A stretch of DNA of 41,233 bases from an uncultured Woeseiaceae bacterium. Lineage in GTDB: Bacteria > Pseudomonadota > Gammaproteobacteria > Steroidobacterales > Woeseiaceae. The stretch lies in the NCBI GenBank assembly GCA_964456535.1, contig CAYWBZ010000001.1:14522-55754 (forward strand). The letters are read 5' to 3'. The position numbers and the translations under genes are program-made. Shown here one piece after another: positions 16,836-26,273 of the stretch. The notes below the pieces were generated by a model. That model was not told the origin of the DNA, searched no databases, and saw nothing but the letters and a program-made list of their open reading frames with translations. Numbering within the stretch: the first letter of the stretch is position 1; every line of letters begins with the position of its first letter.

Positions 16836-17594
16836 CTAGTCTAACAGTGTATTCGGTCGACTGACTTTGATTGACAGCGGCCAGCTCACTGGCCGGACAC
16901 CATCCCCCCACGCTGACCCTAGCTCTGCCGATATTATCTGAACGGGGTCAGGGCCCTTTTGGGATTCGTAGCGCTTGCACGCGGACCAGGTTCGCAGGTA
17001 GCCAAGCATGTCAGCGGCGCGCCATTCCAGGGACATAACGAACTCTGGCGCGGGCACCGTCACACCCGGCATCGTGACTCCCGAGTAGCCCTGCTCTACC
17101 ATCAACCGCTCAGGCGACCAGTAATCGCCGAGGATGTCACGGTATAGCTTATCGACGATCGCATCGCACTCGTCGCTTACGCTGCATAGTTCATAACACC
17201 AGATCGCAAGCACACCCTCTGGACGCAGTACCCGGCATGCCTCCGCCATGAACAATGGCTCGTTGAACCAGTGAAAGGCCTGACCGACTGTAATGAGGTC
17301 TACTGAACTATCGGCGAGACCGGACTGCTCGGCCGTCGCCACGCGATATTCGACCCCGGCATGCTGGGTCGCCGCATCGATTTGCGACTGGCTTGCATCA
17401 CTGGCAACAACATTGGAAAAATAATCAGTAAGCGCTACTGCGACCTGACCACTGCCCGTCGCACAGTCCCACGCCAAATTGTTGGCGCTCGCGACCGACG
17501 CAAGAAACTGAAAAAGCTCGACAGGATACGTCGGACGGTATTTTGCATAACCGTCTGACTGTGCAGAAAAGTGGTCCTTAAAGCTGCCCGTCAC
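16836..17594 (-). CDS. Class I SAM-dependent methyltransferase
   Basis: Methyltransf_11-type motif (AWDCATGSGQVA). The conserved N-terminal FKDHFS...YAKYRPTYP begins right after the GTG at 17594, which overlaps the upstream stop (GTGA). The ATG at 17669 is the alternative start. Confidence 0.8.
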   Translation of the reverse strand: MTGSFKDHFSAQSDGYAKYRPTYPVELFQFLASVASANNLAWDCATGSGQVAVALTDYFSNVVASDASQSQIDAATQHAGVEYRVATAEQSGLADSSVDLITVGQAFHWFNEPLFMAEACRVLRPEGVLAIWCYELCSVSDECDAIVDKLYRDILGDYWSPERLMVEQGYSGVTMPGVTVPAPEFVMSLEWRAADMLGYLRTWSACKRYESQKGPDPVQIISAELGSAWGDGVRPVSWPLSIKVSRPNTLLD

Positions 17595-18421
17595 TCCCAG
17601 GTCTTTTTGCAGTTCGGCTCTTTGCCGTCCGCTAGTGCCTGGTTGTATATCGGCAGCGTTTTTTGCCACTCCGAAATCAGGTTCTCAATACGAGTTTCGC
17701 TAGCCGGGTGAGTGGACAAATGCTCCGGCGGCTTCTTGCCGCCCTGGGCCGACATATTCTGCCAAAGATCGACAGCCGCCCGTGGATCAAAGCCGGCCTT
17801 GGCCATGTACTCAAGGCCAACGACATCCGCCTCTGATTCCTGACCTCGACTCATCGGCAGCTGCAAGCCCAGTGCCGCACCAGCGCTCAATGCCTGGCTG
17901 GCCGTATAGGCGCCACCGGTGTAACCACCACCCATGATGACAGCCAGTGCCTCAATACCAATTCCGGTCAGCGAGCCGCGCGAAGCACGTTCATTCACGT
18001 GCTTGGCCGTCACGTGCGCAATCTCGTGGCCGATAACAGCCGCGAGCTGGTGCTCGTTCTCAGTAATCTCGAGGATACCCGTGTACACGCCGATCTTGCC
18101 ACCGGGCATTGCAAAAGCGTTGATCTGATTCTGCTCGAATATCGCGAGTTCCCATTCGATATCGCTGTACGGCGGATTGAGCTCTGCGACGACGGCCTGT
18201 GCAACACATGCAACGAAATCGATTTTGGCCCGATTCGTCGTCAGCGGCAGCGTTGTTCGATAGGCGTTGAATGTCGCTGCGGCCTGCGCCTCCAATTCAG
18301 CGTCAGACTTAAGGATCAGCTGGGGTCGGCCAGTGGGTGATGTGGAGCAGGACGCGATAAAGACCGCAATAATCAGCGATATCAACAAGTTGAAACGACG
18401 CGTGGCCCTGATAATCATCAA
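17591..18421 (-). CDS. M48 family zinc metallopeptidase lipoprotein (LoiP/YggG-like)
   Basis: Lipobox IASC. HEIAHV zinc-binding motif and downstream E...ADxxG region. Confidence 0.9.
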   Translation of the reverse strand: MMIIRATRRFNLLISLIIAVFIASCSTSPTGRPQLILKSDAELEAQAAATFNAYRTTLPLTTNRAKIDFVACVAQAVVAELNPPYSDIEWELAIFEQNQINAFAMPGGKIGVYTGILEITENEHQLAAVIGHEIAHVTAKHVNERASRGSLTGIGIEALAVIMGGGYTGGAYTASQALSAGAALGLQLPMSRGQESEADVVGLEYMAKAGFDPRAAVDLWQNMSAQGGKKPPEHLSTHPASETRIENLISEWQKTLPIYNQALADGKEPNCKKTWE

Positions 18422-18519
18422 TCAATACTCCTCAAGTATGCAGAGGATTATAGCGCCCCGGCGCGCCATTAATCTCGTCATTGGTTTCGACCGTCGAGCG
18501 GCGCTTCAGTTCCACGCTG

Positions 18520-19539
18520 TCAACGTGGCAGCTGCGACTCAAACTTGCGCCGCCAACCTGCCGCATCTGCCTTTTCGAGGGCACTATCGATGCCGCCCAG
18601 CAGGCGCTTTTGCAGTGGCTGCTTGATCTTGTAGCACACTGAATAGAGGTCACGTTCGCCAACCAGCTCACTCAACAACTCGTCACTGGTTCGAATTTCG
18701 TCAGCAAGTCCAAAATCCAATGCGCGCGTGCCGTACCAGTGCTCACCGGTAGCGATCTTCTCAAGGTCCATATCCGGCCGGTATTTCGCCACCGCATCTT
18801 TGAACAACGAGTGCACGTCTTCCAGCTCTTCTTTCAGCTTTGCCCGGTCTGCGTCGGTGTTTTCGCCGAACATGGTGACAGTACGCTTGTACTTGCCAGC
18901 TGTTACCTGTTCAAAATCGACGCCATGGCTGTCCAGCATGCGATTGAAATTTGGAATCTGTGCGAGCACGCCTATCGAACCGAGTATCGCGAATGGCGCC
19001 GCGTAAATTTTCGTCGCGACACAGGCCATCAGGTAACCACCACTCGCGGCGACTTTATCGACACAAACGATTAGTGGAATATCATGATCACGGATGCGAG
19101 CGAGTTGCGATGCGGCCAGGCCGTGTTCGTGCACGACGCCGCCATGATTCTCCAGCCGGACGATCACTTCGTCATCTGCCGTCGCCACGTCGAGAATCGC
19201 ACTGACCTCCTCACGCAATGAGGGCACAGCGCTGGCTTTCAGGTCGCCTTTGAAGTCGATAACGAAACTGCGAGGTCTATTTATCTCTTCTTTAGCCTCG
19301 GCCTTGTCTTTTTTCTTCTTCTCTTTGGCCGCTTTCTTTTTCTGGCCTTTGCTGGAAACAGCGCTCTGCAAGGTCTCCACAAGGGACTCGTGTTTCTTGT
19401 TGAGGTTTTCGACCTCAAGCCCTTCTTGCTTTCCCTTCCGCCCGGCGGACGCTGCCACAACGATAACGACAACTATGCCAACGACAACGGTAACTACTTT
19501 GAGCAGGAACAGACCGTACTCAGCGAAAAATTCGATCAT
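18520..19539 (-). CDS. sohB: Protease SohB (peptidase S49)
   Basis: N-terminal TM segment [17 protein letters not shown]. Lys-rich linker. S49 core with [13 protein letters not shown]. Confidence 0.9.
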   Translation of the reverse strand: MIEFFAEYGLFLLKVVTVVVGIVVVIVVAASAGRKGKQEGLEVENLNKKHESLVETLQSAVSSKGQKKKAAKEKKKKDKAEAKEEINRPRSFVIDFKGDLKASAVPSLREEVSAILDVATADDEVIVRLENHGGVVHEHGLAASQLARIRDHDIPLIVCVDKVAASGGYLMACVATKIYAAPFAILGSIGVLAQIPNFNRMLDSHGVDFEQVTAGKYKRTVTMFGENTDADRAKLKEELEDVHSLFKDAVAKYRPDMDLEKIATGEHWYGTRALDFGLADEIRTSDELLSELVGERDLYSVCYKIKQPLQKRLLGGIDSALEKADAAGWRRKFESQLPR

Positions 19540-20573
19540 ATTGAGATGCCAACGTTATTCTTTTGTAAAACCTGTTCGGCCCGATAACTCGAGCGCACCA
19601 TCGGTCCGGCGACAACTTCGACGAACCCTTTTTCCAATCCTTCCGCGCGATATGCCTCGAACTCCTCTGGCGTCACGTATCGTTCCACCGCCAGGTGGTT
19701 CGGCGTCGGACGCAAGTATTGCCCGAGCGTGAGGATATCGACATTCGCTGCCCGAAGATCATCCATCGTCTGCATGATCTCGTTATCGCGTTCACCGAGG
19801 CCGAGCATGAGACTGGTCTTGGTCAGTACGTCAGGGCGATGCGCCTTTGCATGGCGCAGAACTTCTATGCTCTGTTCGTAGCTGGCGCGAGGATCACGAA
19901 CCGGGTGCGTCAGTCGCTTCACCGTTTCGACGTTTTGTGCGAAGACTTCCAATCCCGAATCAACAACCAGCTCGACATGTTCGCGAATGCCATTGAAGTC
20001 CGGAGTTAACGCTTCTACGGCCGTATTGGGATTTAATTTTTTGATCTCGCGCACGCAAGCCGCGTAGTGCGATGCACCACCATCCGACAAATCATCACGA
20101 TCGACCGAAGTGATAACGACGTACTCAAGACCCATTAACTCAACCGCCTTCGCCGAGTTCAACGGTTCTTCTGCATCCAGCCAGCCTTTCGGATTGCCGG
20201 TATCAACGGCACAAAACCGGCAGGCCCTGGTGCAGACCGACCCCATGACCATGATCGTCGCCGTGCCAGCATTCCAGCACTCGCCGATGTTGGGGCACAT
20301 GGATTCTTCGCAAACAGTGCTTAAGCGGTGTTCGTGAACAATATTGCGCGTGCCCGAATATCCCGACCCGGATGGCATTTTTGCGCGCAACCACTTGGGT
20401 TTATCACCACGCACTAACGGCGCATTGCCGCGACGGTTTTTCTGGCCATTCTTCACAGCCGAGAAACCTGCCTTGGTCTTAAATTTTTGTCCGCTCGCCA
20501 CCGGTTCACTTTGAGCGCCAGGCTCATTTTGAACAATTGGGATGCCGCGGAAGGATTTGTCGTCTTTGCTCAT
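19536..20573 (-). CDS. lipA: Lipoyl synthase
   Basis: Auxiliary cluster motif [13 protein letters not shown] and radical-SAM motif [10 protein letters not shown]. Confidence 0.95.
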   Translation of the reverse strand: MSKDDKSFRGIPIVQNEPGAQSEPVASGQKFKTKAGFSAVKNGQKNRRGNAPLVRGDKPKWLRAKMPSGSGYSGTRNIVHEHRLSTVCEESMCPNIGECWNAGTATIMVMGSVCTRACRFCAVDTGNPKGWLDAEEPLNSAKAVELMGLEYVVITSVDRDDLSDGGASHYAACVREIKKLNPNTAVEALTPDFNGIREHVELVVDSGLEVFAQNVETVKRLTHPVRDPRASYEQSIEVLRHAKAHRPDVLTKTSLMLGLGERDNEIMQTMDDLRAANVDILTLGQYLRPTPNHLAVERYVTPEEFEAYRAEGLEKGFVEVVAGPMVRSSYRAEQVLQKNNVGISI

Positions 20574-20640
20574 GCGCCAGCTAGTCAGCCACGTAGGCCG
20601 TCGATGCTTTTGGGGGCACGCATTGTAGCTTAAATCCGGG

Positions 20641-20668
20641 ACAAAAAAATTCCCGGCCGAGGCCGGGA
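20641..20668 (-). terminator. Rho-independent terminator
   Basis: TCCCGGCC-GA-GGCCGGGA stem followed on the minus strand by ATTTTTTTG. It lies 36 nt past the stop of the 65-aa gene. Confidence 0.8.
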
Positions 20669-20704
20669 GAATCAGGGGGAAATCAGTGCCAGACGCCAGT
20701 TAAA

Positions 20705-20902
20705 TCAGTGCAGTCTCGACCAGCTGACCAGCTTTACGACATCTATCTGCAGGTCAAAATTGCGGGCCAGAATGGCTTCGATGTCTCGCGAATCCGAGCT
20801 CTGCTCCATCGGGCAGTTGAGCTCGACAACGCCGCAGAACTCATTGCCACCGCGATAATCTGCGTCGGTCAATATGAACTGCGTGTAGTACTTAGCGGAC
20901 AT
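20705..20902 (-). CDS. Hypothetical 65-aa protein
   Basis: Intact ORF with its own strong terminator. No clear Shine-Dalgarno and no family recognised. Confidence 0.5.
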   Translation of the reverse strand: MSAKYYTQFILTDADYRGGNEFCGVVELNCPMEQSSDSRDIEAILARNFDLQIDVVKLVSWSRLH

Positions 20903-21137
20903 GTGACCAATTTACGCCCTGGCGTGATCAGAGACTGTGAGCCAGAGCACAAATTCCCGGTCAAAGGCAGGCAATCAGCAGAAATTTGACATAAGTCACA
21001 TTCCGGCGATTTTTGGCGTAAAATTTCGGCTTAGGCGACGCGGTGCACAGATTTGAGTCATTGCCATATGTAACATCGTCGTCACTAAAGCGCTCATTTG
21101 CGCAGAAATCTGGCCAGACACCACGGGAATTGAATAA

Positions 21138-22604
21138 ATGGTCGCTAAAACCGGACTAATAAGACTTGTCATATTGGGCGTCGCGCTCCTCGCCGCAGGA
21201 AACGGATACGCTCAGGACGAACTACGGAAAACCTTCTTTAAGGACGCAGATGCGGCGAAAGCGGCCGCCGAAGCCGTCAACGCGAAACTGTTTGCACCAA
21301 AGAACTTCACCGCGGCTATGAAAGAGTACAGCGATGCCGAAAGCTTGCTCGAACGTGGCCGTAACATCGAGTACGTACGTTCAAACGCAGCCGACGCCAC
21401 GCGTTATTTCAAGAAGGCCACCGAGGCTGCACAACTTGCACAAACTGCATTGGCCCAGGCGATCAAAAGCCGCCAGGACGGTGCTAACGCATTGGCACCA
21501 AAACTGTCGCCGGAACTCTGGGCCGACGCCCAGCAGGATTTCATACGCGCCATCCAGCTCATGGAGCGCGGTGATCTGAAGAACGCGAAGCGGCGCGAGA
21601 ACGAAGCCATCAACCTCTATCGCGAAGCAGAACTCGTCGCGATCAAGGCGCAGTACCTCAGCGAAACACGCCGCCTGCTCGCAGATGCTGACCGGGCACG
21701 TGTTGGCAAGTACGCGCCAATTACTCTTGGTAAAGCGAAACGATTGCTCGCTGATGCCGAACGCGAACTAAACGAAAACCGCTACGATACGGATCTGCCT
21801 CGAAGCCTGGCGAAGCAGGCCAACTACGAGGCCAAGCATGCGTTGTATCTGTCGCAGATCGTTCGCCAGGTACGTGACAAGGACCTGACGGCAGAACAAC
21901 TGGTGCTCAACTGGGAACAACCTCTTCGTACGGTTGCTGGTGTGGCAGATGTAGTGCCCGACATGCAGGATGGCCCCGATCGCCTGGTGGCCGAACTGGT
22001 CGCCTACTTCGAGCAGGAAGCCAACGAGCTGCAGGCCTTGCAGCAGGAAAATACTGAAAACGAAGTGCGCGTTGCCGACCTGTCAGAGGAACTGCAGGCT
22101 CTTGATGAAAGACTGGGTGGCGCCACTGCCGAACGAGCGGCTCTGATACAACGTCTCGAAGCTCAAGCTCGGGTTAAGCAGCAATTCGAGCAGGTTGAAA
22201 AGATATTCTCCTCTTACGAGGCTCGCGTGTTTCGCGAGGGCAATACCATTATCCTGCGCCTGGTTGGCCTGAACTTTGACAGCGGCGATGCACAAATCAA
22301 ACCGGATAATTTTGATCTGCTGGCAAAAGTTGAAAAAGCGATTGACGTATTTCCTCGCAGTGAGCTAACGATCGAAGGCCACACAGACTCACACGGTGGC
22401 GATGATCTTAACCAAAAGCTATCTCAGGAACGCGCCGAATCGGTACAACAGTACATGATCAACGCTATGCGAATTCCGACCTATCGCCTCATCGCGACCG
22501 GTTACGGTGAGACGCGCCCGGTTTCCAGTAACGAGACAGAAGCGGGTCGTGCTCGCAATCGGCGTATTGACATCGTCATTACGCCGAACCTCGAAACTAC
22601 TTAG
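21138..22604 (+). CDS. OmpA-family protein with N-terminal helical DUF4398-like repeats and a coiled coil
   Basis: Signal peptide. C-terminal OmpA-like peptidoglycan-binding domain (TIEGHTDSHGGDDLNQKLSQERAESV...GYGETRP...NRRIDIVI). Confidence 0.9.
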   Translation: MVAKTGLIRLVILGVALLAAGNGYAQDELRKTFFKDADAAKAAAEAVNAKLFAPKNFTAAMKEYSDAESLLERGRNIEYVRSNAADATRYFKKATEAAQLAQTALAQAIKSRQDGANALAPKLSPELWADAQQDFIRAIQLMERGDLKNAKRRENEAINLYREAELVAIKAQYLSETRRLLADADRARVGKYAPITLGKAKRLLADAERELNENRYDTDLPRSLAKQANYEAKHALYLSQIVRQVRDKDLTAEQLVLNWEQPLRTVAGVADVVPDMQDGPDRLVAELVAYFEQEANELQALQQENTENEVRVADLSEELQALDERLGGATAERAALIQRLEAQARVKQQFEQVEKIFSSYEARVFREGNTIILRLVGLNFDSGDAQIKPDNFDLLAKVEKAIDVFPRSELTIEGHTDSHGGDDLNQKLSQERAESVQQYMINAMRIPTYRLIATGYGETRPVSSNETEAGRARNRRIDIVITPNLETT

Positions 22605-23517
22605 ACGTCGGTAACCCCGCATCATGACCGCGCCACCATTTCGCAATGGTGAGCGCGGTTTTTTTATTGGCGAGGTAGCCGTATTCGGCATGCACATTTA
22701 GCTCGCCGTCGAGGCGAAAGTAATTGAATATCTCTTCATCATCGATCGACTCAACCAGCCCCAGTTCCACCATTTCACCGAAGTCGTTCGCTAACCACGG
22801 ATCGAAAGCGGTTAGATCGCCTGTCGCAGCCATGTTTTTCCAGCGCCTTATGTTGCGCGGATAGCGGTCGACTCCGCTTCTATCGTGACCACTGATTCTT
22901 CGCTGCATGAACCGCTGTCCCAGCGGGCTGCCCATCGTCAGGAGCAGATCGATGCTCACCGGGTTGCCATGATTGTGGCTCAATTCCCATAGCGCGTCGT
23001 ACGAGATAATGGATCCCATGCTGTGTCCAATCAGTAAAACCGGATGCTCACCACCCGACGCCGCCAGCAACGGCACCTTGAGCATTCGTCGCACGTGCTC
23101 TGCAATGCCGTTCTTGTTGCGTTCATAACGCATGAGATCACGCAAATGAACTTCCATGCGCTCACTTGCAAGATGCGGAATGAGAAATGGCAACATATCG
23201 CCCAGCGTATATATCCAACGCGTTAATCGGCGCGACCAGGAAGACGCCTCGGCAATATCGGTGGCACTGGCCTCCGCCTGCACAATAACGGCCTCAATAG
23301 CCGACCTGTCGATCTCAATATCACGATGTGTACGATAGAAATCGTAAGTCCAGGACACGATATCGAAACTGCCGGGCGTCGCCTCAATCGCGTCCGCCAC
23401 GGGCGCATCAACCCGGCGCAATCCAGCCAATACGCATCGCAGAAGTGCTTCGCGGTGTTTCTCGGGCTCTGGTTTGGGCAGAAGACCCGGAACGTAGATG
23501 ACAAGAGGGTGTGCCAT
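22597..23517 (-). CDS. Alpha/beta hydrolase (lipase-like), uncharacterised
   Basis: GHSMGS nucleophile elbow within LLIGHSMGSIISYD, then a downstream GSPLG. Confidence 0.7.
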   Translation of the reverse strand: MAHPLVIYVPGLLPKPEPEKHREALLRCVLAGLRRVDAPVADAIEATPGSFDIVSWTYDFYRTHRDIEIDRSAIEAVIVQAEASATDIAEASSWSRRLTRWIYTLGDMLPFLIPHLASERMEVHLRDLMRYERNKNGIAEHVRRMLKVPLLAASGGEHPVLLIGHSMGSIISYDALWELSHNHGNPVSIDLLLTMGSPLGQRFMQRRISGHDRSGVDRYPRNIRRWKNMAATGDLTAFDPWLANDFGEMVELGLVESIDDEEIFNYFRLDGELNVHAEYGYLANKKTALTIAKWWRGHDAGLPTSK

Positions 23518-23520
23518 GAC

Positions 23521-24210
23521 TTATTTGACGCCCAGCAGACCCAGCAGTTCACCGACGTGAGTGACTTCGAACTCAGGCTCCGCAAATTCTTCCGGCCAGC
23601 TGCTGGCCGTACGATTGACCCAGGCGGTACGCAGCCCCGCACTTCGAGCACCATCAACGTCGTACTGGGGATGATCTCCGACGTGCAAGGTTTGCTCGGC
23701 GCTGGCGCCGCCGACCTGCACTGCCATGTCGAAAACCTGACGCGCCGGCTTCGCGGCACCGGCCATCGCCGCAGTTACGACCTCGCTGAAGAGATGATCG
23801 ATGCCGATTAACTCAAGGTTTGCATTACCGTTTGTTACGGCGATAACGACGAAATTTTCGTTTAGCGCTTCGAGTGCTGGAATCACTTCCGGGAAAATAT
23901 CGACGTCATTGCGGGCTGCATCGAAAACACTGAATGCTTCATCTATGAAATCTGTGCTGTAACCCGCCGCAACGCCCACTCGCCCAAGCACGGTTTGGCG
24001 GAGAAACGTCAGGTCGTGCGAACGATCGGCGAACTCGATAATCACCTGTGACCTGACCTCTCGCAAATCTGAGGGCTCATACATCTCGGTGATGCGCGGA
24101 TAGTTCTCGCCAAGCCACTCATACAAACGCTGCTCGGCACGTCGGATCACGGGATGAATCTCCCAAAGCGTGTCGTCCAGATCGAGCGTAATGGTGCGAA
24201 TATCTTTCAC
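23521..24210 (-). CDS. HAD-superfamily hydrolase (subfamily IA-like)
   Basis: Motif I is DLDDTLW; motif IV region is HVGDHPQYDVDGA. The GTG at 24210 (VKDIRTITLDLDDT) is preferred. The ATG at 24312 would overlap divergent gloA. Confidence 0.75.
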   Translation of the reverse strand: MKDIRTITLDLDDTLWEIHPVIRRAEQRLYEWLGENYPRITEMYEPSDLREVRSQVIIEFADRSHDLTFLRQTVLGRVGVAAGYSTDFIDEAFSVFDAARNDVDIFPEVIPALEALNENFVVIAVTNGNANLELIGIDHLFSEVVTAAMAGAAKPARQVFDMAVQVGGASAEQTLHVGDHPQYDVDGARSAGLRTAWVNRTASSWPEEFAEPEFEVTHVGELLGLLGVK

Positions 24211-24297
24211 GGTTGCCGTCGCTGCGCGTATCAGGGACCATTGTGAATTCAAATCCTGCGCCAGTCCAATACGGCGAATCCAGCGAGGAGCCAGAGA

Positions 24298-24717
24298 ATG
24301 AAATACCTGCACACAATGGTGCGAGTCACCGACCTTGATGCCTCACTCGACTTTTACTGCAATAAACTGGGGCTAAATGAGCTCAATCGATACGACAGTG
24401 AGCAAGGCCGATTCACTCTCGTCTTCCTGGCGGCGCCTGGCGATGAAGAAGCCCAGGTCGAGCTGACGCACAACTGGGACCCGGAGGAATACGATGAAGG
24501 TCGTAACTTCGGACATCTCGCCTATCGTGTCGATAACATCTACGAATTGTGCCAGAAGCTCATGGACGCCGGTGTGACCATCAACCGTCCACCACGAGAC
24601 GGACATATGGCGTTTGTTCGTTCGCCAGACAACATCTCGATTGAATTGTTGCAAAAAGGCGCATCGCTGTCGCCGCAAGAACCCTGGGCGTCAATGGAAA
24701 GCCAGGGCCACTGGTAG
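24298..24717 (+). CDS. gloA: Lactoylglutathione lyase (glyoxalase I)
   Basis: HTMVRVTDLDASLDFY, ELTHNW, GHLAYRVD and SIELLQ metal-ligand motifs. Length about 139 aa. Confidence 0.9.
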   Translation: MKYLHTMVRVTDLDASLDFYCNKLGLNELNRYDSEQGRFTLVFLAAPGDEEAQVELTHNWDPEEYDEGRNFGHLAYRVDNIYELCQKLMDAGVTINRPPRDGHMAFVRSPDNISIELLQKGASLSPQEPWASMESQGHW

Positions 24718-24809
24718 CTGGAGGGCATGGTTGTCGAAAATCGCGAGAACTGTTTATAGTGGCCCGGCTAAGAACAATAACTTAATAACAATAACCAAGG
24801 GATACTAAG

Positions 24810-25184
24810 ATGAAGAACGGACTAACATGTCTGGCAATTGCTGTCCTCGCGCTCGGCTTCAGTAACATCGCTAGCGCTGATTCCATTAATGAAGTCTGGC
24901 GCTGCACGGTCAAAGACGAAAAATCGCTCGACGACGTGCAGGCTGTGAACAGTAAGTGGCTGGCGATGGTGCGCGAGCACGTATCAAAAGACATCTCGAG
25001 CAGCGTTGTGTCGTCCATTGTAGGTGACTCAACGTCTTTCCTGTTTGTTGATATCTACCCGGACCTCGCTACCTGGGAAAAGAGCAAAACATACCTCAGA
25101 GATAATGAGGCCGCTGATGAATTGTTCGCCGAAGTCAGCGATTGTTCGCAGAACTATCTCTATTATGCTGAGCCGACTAAATAG
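24810..25184 (+). CDS. Secreted hypothetical protein
   Basis: AAGGGA Shine-Dalgarno. Signal peptide ending in ASA-D. Two Cys residues. A hairpin follows the stop. Confidence 0.65.
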   Translation: MKNGLTCLAIAVLALGFSNIASADSINEVWRCTVKDEKSLDDVQAVNSKWLAMVREHVSKDISSSVVSSIVGDSTSFLFVDIYPDLATWEKSKTYLRDNEAADELFAEVSDCSQNYLYYAEPTK

Positions 25185-25203
25185 AGTTTTTTAGTAATCG
25201 GGT

Positions 25204-25228
25204 GCGGCAGCCAGTCTGTGGCTGCCGC
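25204..25228 (+). terminator. GC-rich hairpin after the secreted-protein gene
   Basis: GCGGCAGCCA-GTCTG-TGGCTGCCGC, a perfect 10-bp stem. The trailing T-tract is weak (TCTTC). Confidence 0.5.
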
Positions 25229-25397
25229 TCTTCACAAAAAATCATCCCGGGATTGTTCCAATGCGTTATTTATACCGTTTAGCCTGCCTTGTATTGGGCT
25301 TGTTAATAACGCCGGTGTCGTTTCAGGCGGACCGCTCATCGAAATGCTAGACAGCGCGATCGCAGCAGAACACGCTGAAGAAAACGATTAATCCGGG

Positions 25398-26105
25398 TTA
25401 AGCGATAGTCCACTCGAGGTTGGGTGGATTATCAAGGGAACCCAATTGCGACAAAGCGCTACTCTGCAACCACTCCGATAGATTTTTCGTTAATGCGGCA
25501 TCACCAAATACCTCTATCTCACCTTCCCTGACAGCATCGTCAAATTCGATTTTACAGGTCCACACTGCAGTCATCGTTCGCAGCGGGCTCTTGATGACGA
25601 TATCGACATCGATACCGGGATCGTTCAGGCAGAGTTCGATTTCTCCGTGTTCGGAAACCAGCCACCAGTCTTTAGCCCCTTTGGATGCGTCTGCAAATTC
25701 GAACTGCACCACAATGCGATGCTCAGGAAAGACGTCCCGGTTGATGCTGCGCCGCATATCCCACATCAACAAACTGGCGTCGAGGTCTTCCACAACCAGC
25801 GATGTCGGTACCCAGCGGTGCCCCCATGCGCCAAGAAGCTGAACGATCGGCGTCAGCTCCCGACCTGCTTTTGTCAGCTCGTAAACGCCTTTGTTCTTGC
25901 TCCCGGTTCGAGTGATCACACCAGCCTCCACCAATTGCTTTAGACGCGCCGACAACAGCGTCGGCGACATCAGCGGAACGCCTTTTCTCAGCTCGTTGAA
26001 GCGGGTGCTACCCGCGACTAACTCACGCACTACTAATAGCGTCCAGCGCTCGCACAACAGCTGTGTTGCCTGTGCCAAAGGACAGAATTGACCAAACGAC
26101 TTCAT
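25398..26105 (-). CDS. HxlR-family transcriptional regulator with a C-terminal extension domain
   Basis: FCPLAQATQLLCERWTLLVVRELVAGSTRFNELRKGVPLMSPTLLSARLKQL HxlR-type wHTH. The ATG at 26105 follows GAGG. Confidence 0.85.
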   Translation of the reverse strand: MKSFGQFCPLAQATQLLCERWTLLVVRELVAGSTRFNELRKGVPLMSPTLLSARLKQLVEAGVITRTGSKNKGVYELTKAGRELTPIVQLLGAWGHRWVPTSLVVEDLDASLLMWDMRRSINRDVFPEHRIVVQFEFADASKGAKDWWLVSEHGEIELCLNDPGIDVDIVIKSPLRTMTAVWTCKIEFDDAVREGEIEVFGDAALTKNLSEWLQSSALSQLGSLDNPPNLEWTIA

Positions 26106-26165
26106 GGAAAAACCTCGTGTAAATACTTTTAAGGACATGATGCCAGCAGAGCGCCGCCTCATCAC

Positions 26166-26178
26166 TACAGAATCTGTA
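26166..26178. promoter_or_regulatory. Palindrome TACAGA-A-TCTGTA, candidate HxlR operator
   Basis: Perfect 6-1-6 inverted repeat in the divergent HxlR/globin intergenic region. Confidence 0.4.
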
Positions 26179-26273
26179 CTATTTTGCGAACAAAACCGAT
26201 GCTACGGTCTTCGAGACAACCCTCACTGCAGACTGTTTGGAGTGATTAATTAACAAACCAGGGAGAGAATAAA

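Noticed and set aside
18432-18671. 79-aa ORF spanning the gap between sohB and the M48 peptidase gene.
   Set aside because: It overlaps the 3' end of sohB in another frame, has no Shine-Dalgarno and has an odd composition. The 98-bp gap is more simply an intergenic or promoter region.
20986-21024. TTGACA ... TAAAAT as a sigma-70 promoter for the OmpA-family gene.
   Set aside because: The spacer between the hexamers is about 27 nt, far from the 16-18 nt optimum. No acceptable alternative pairing was found.
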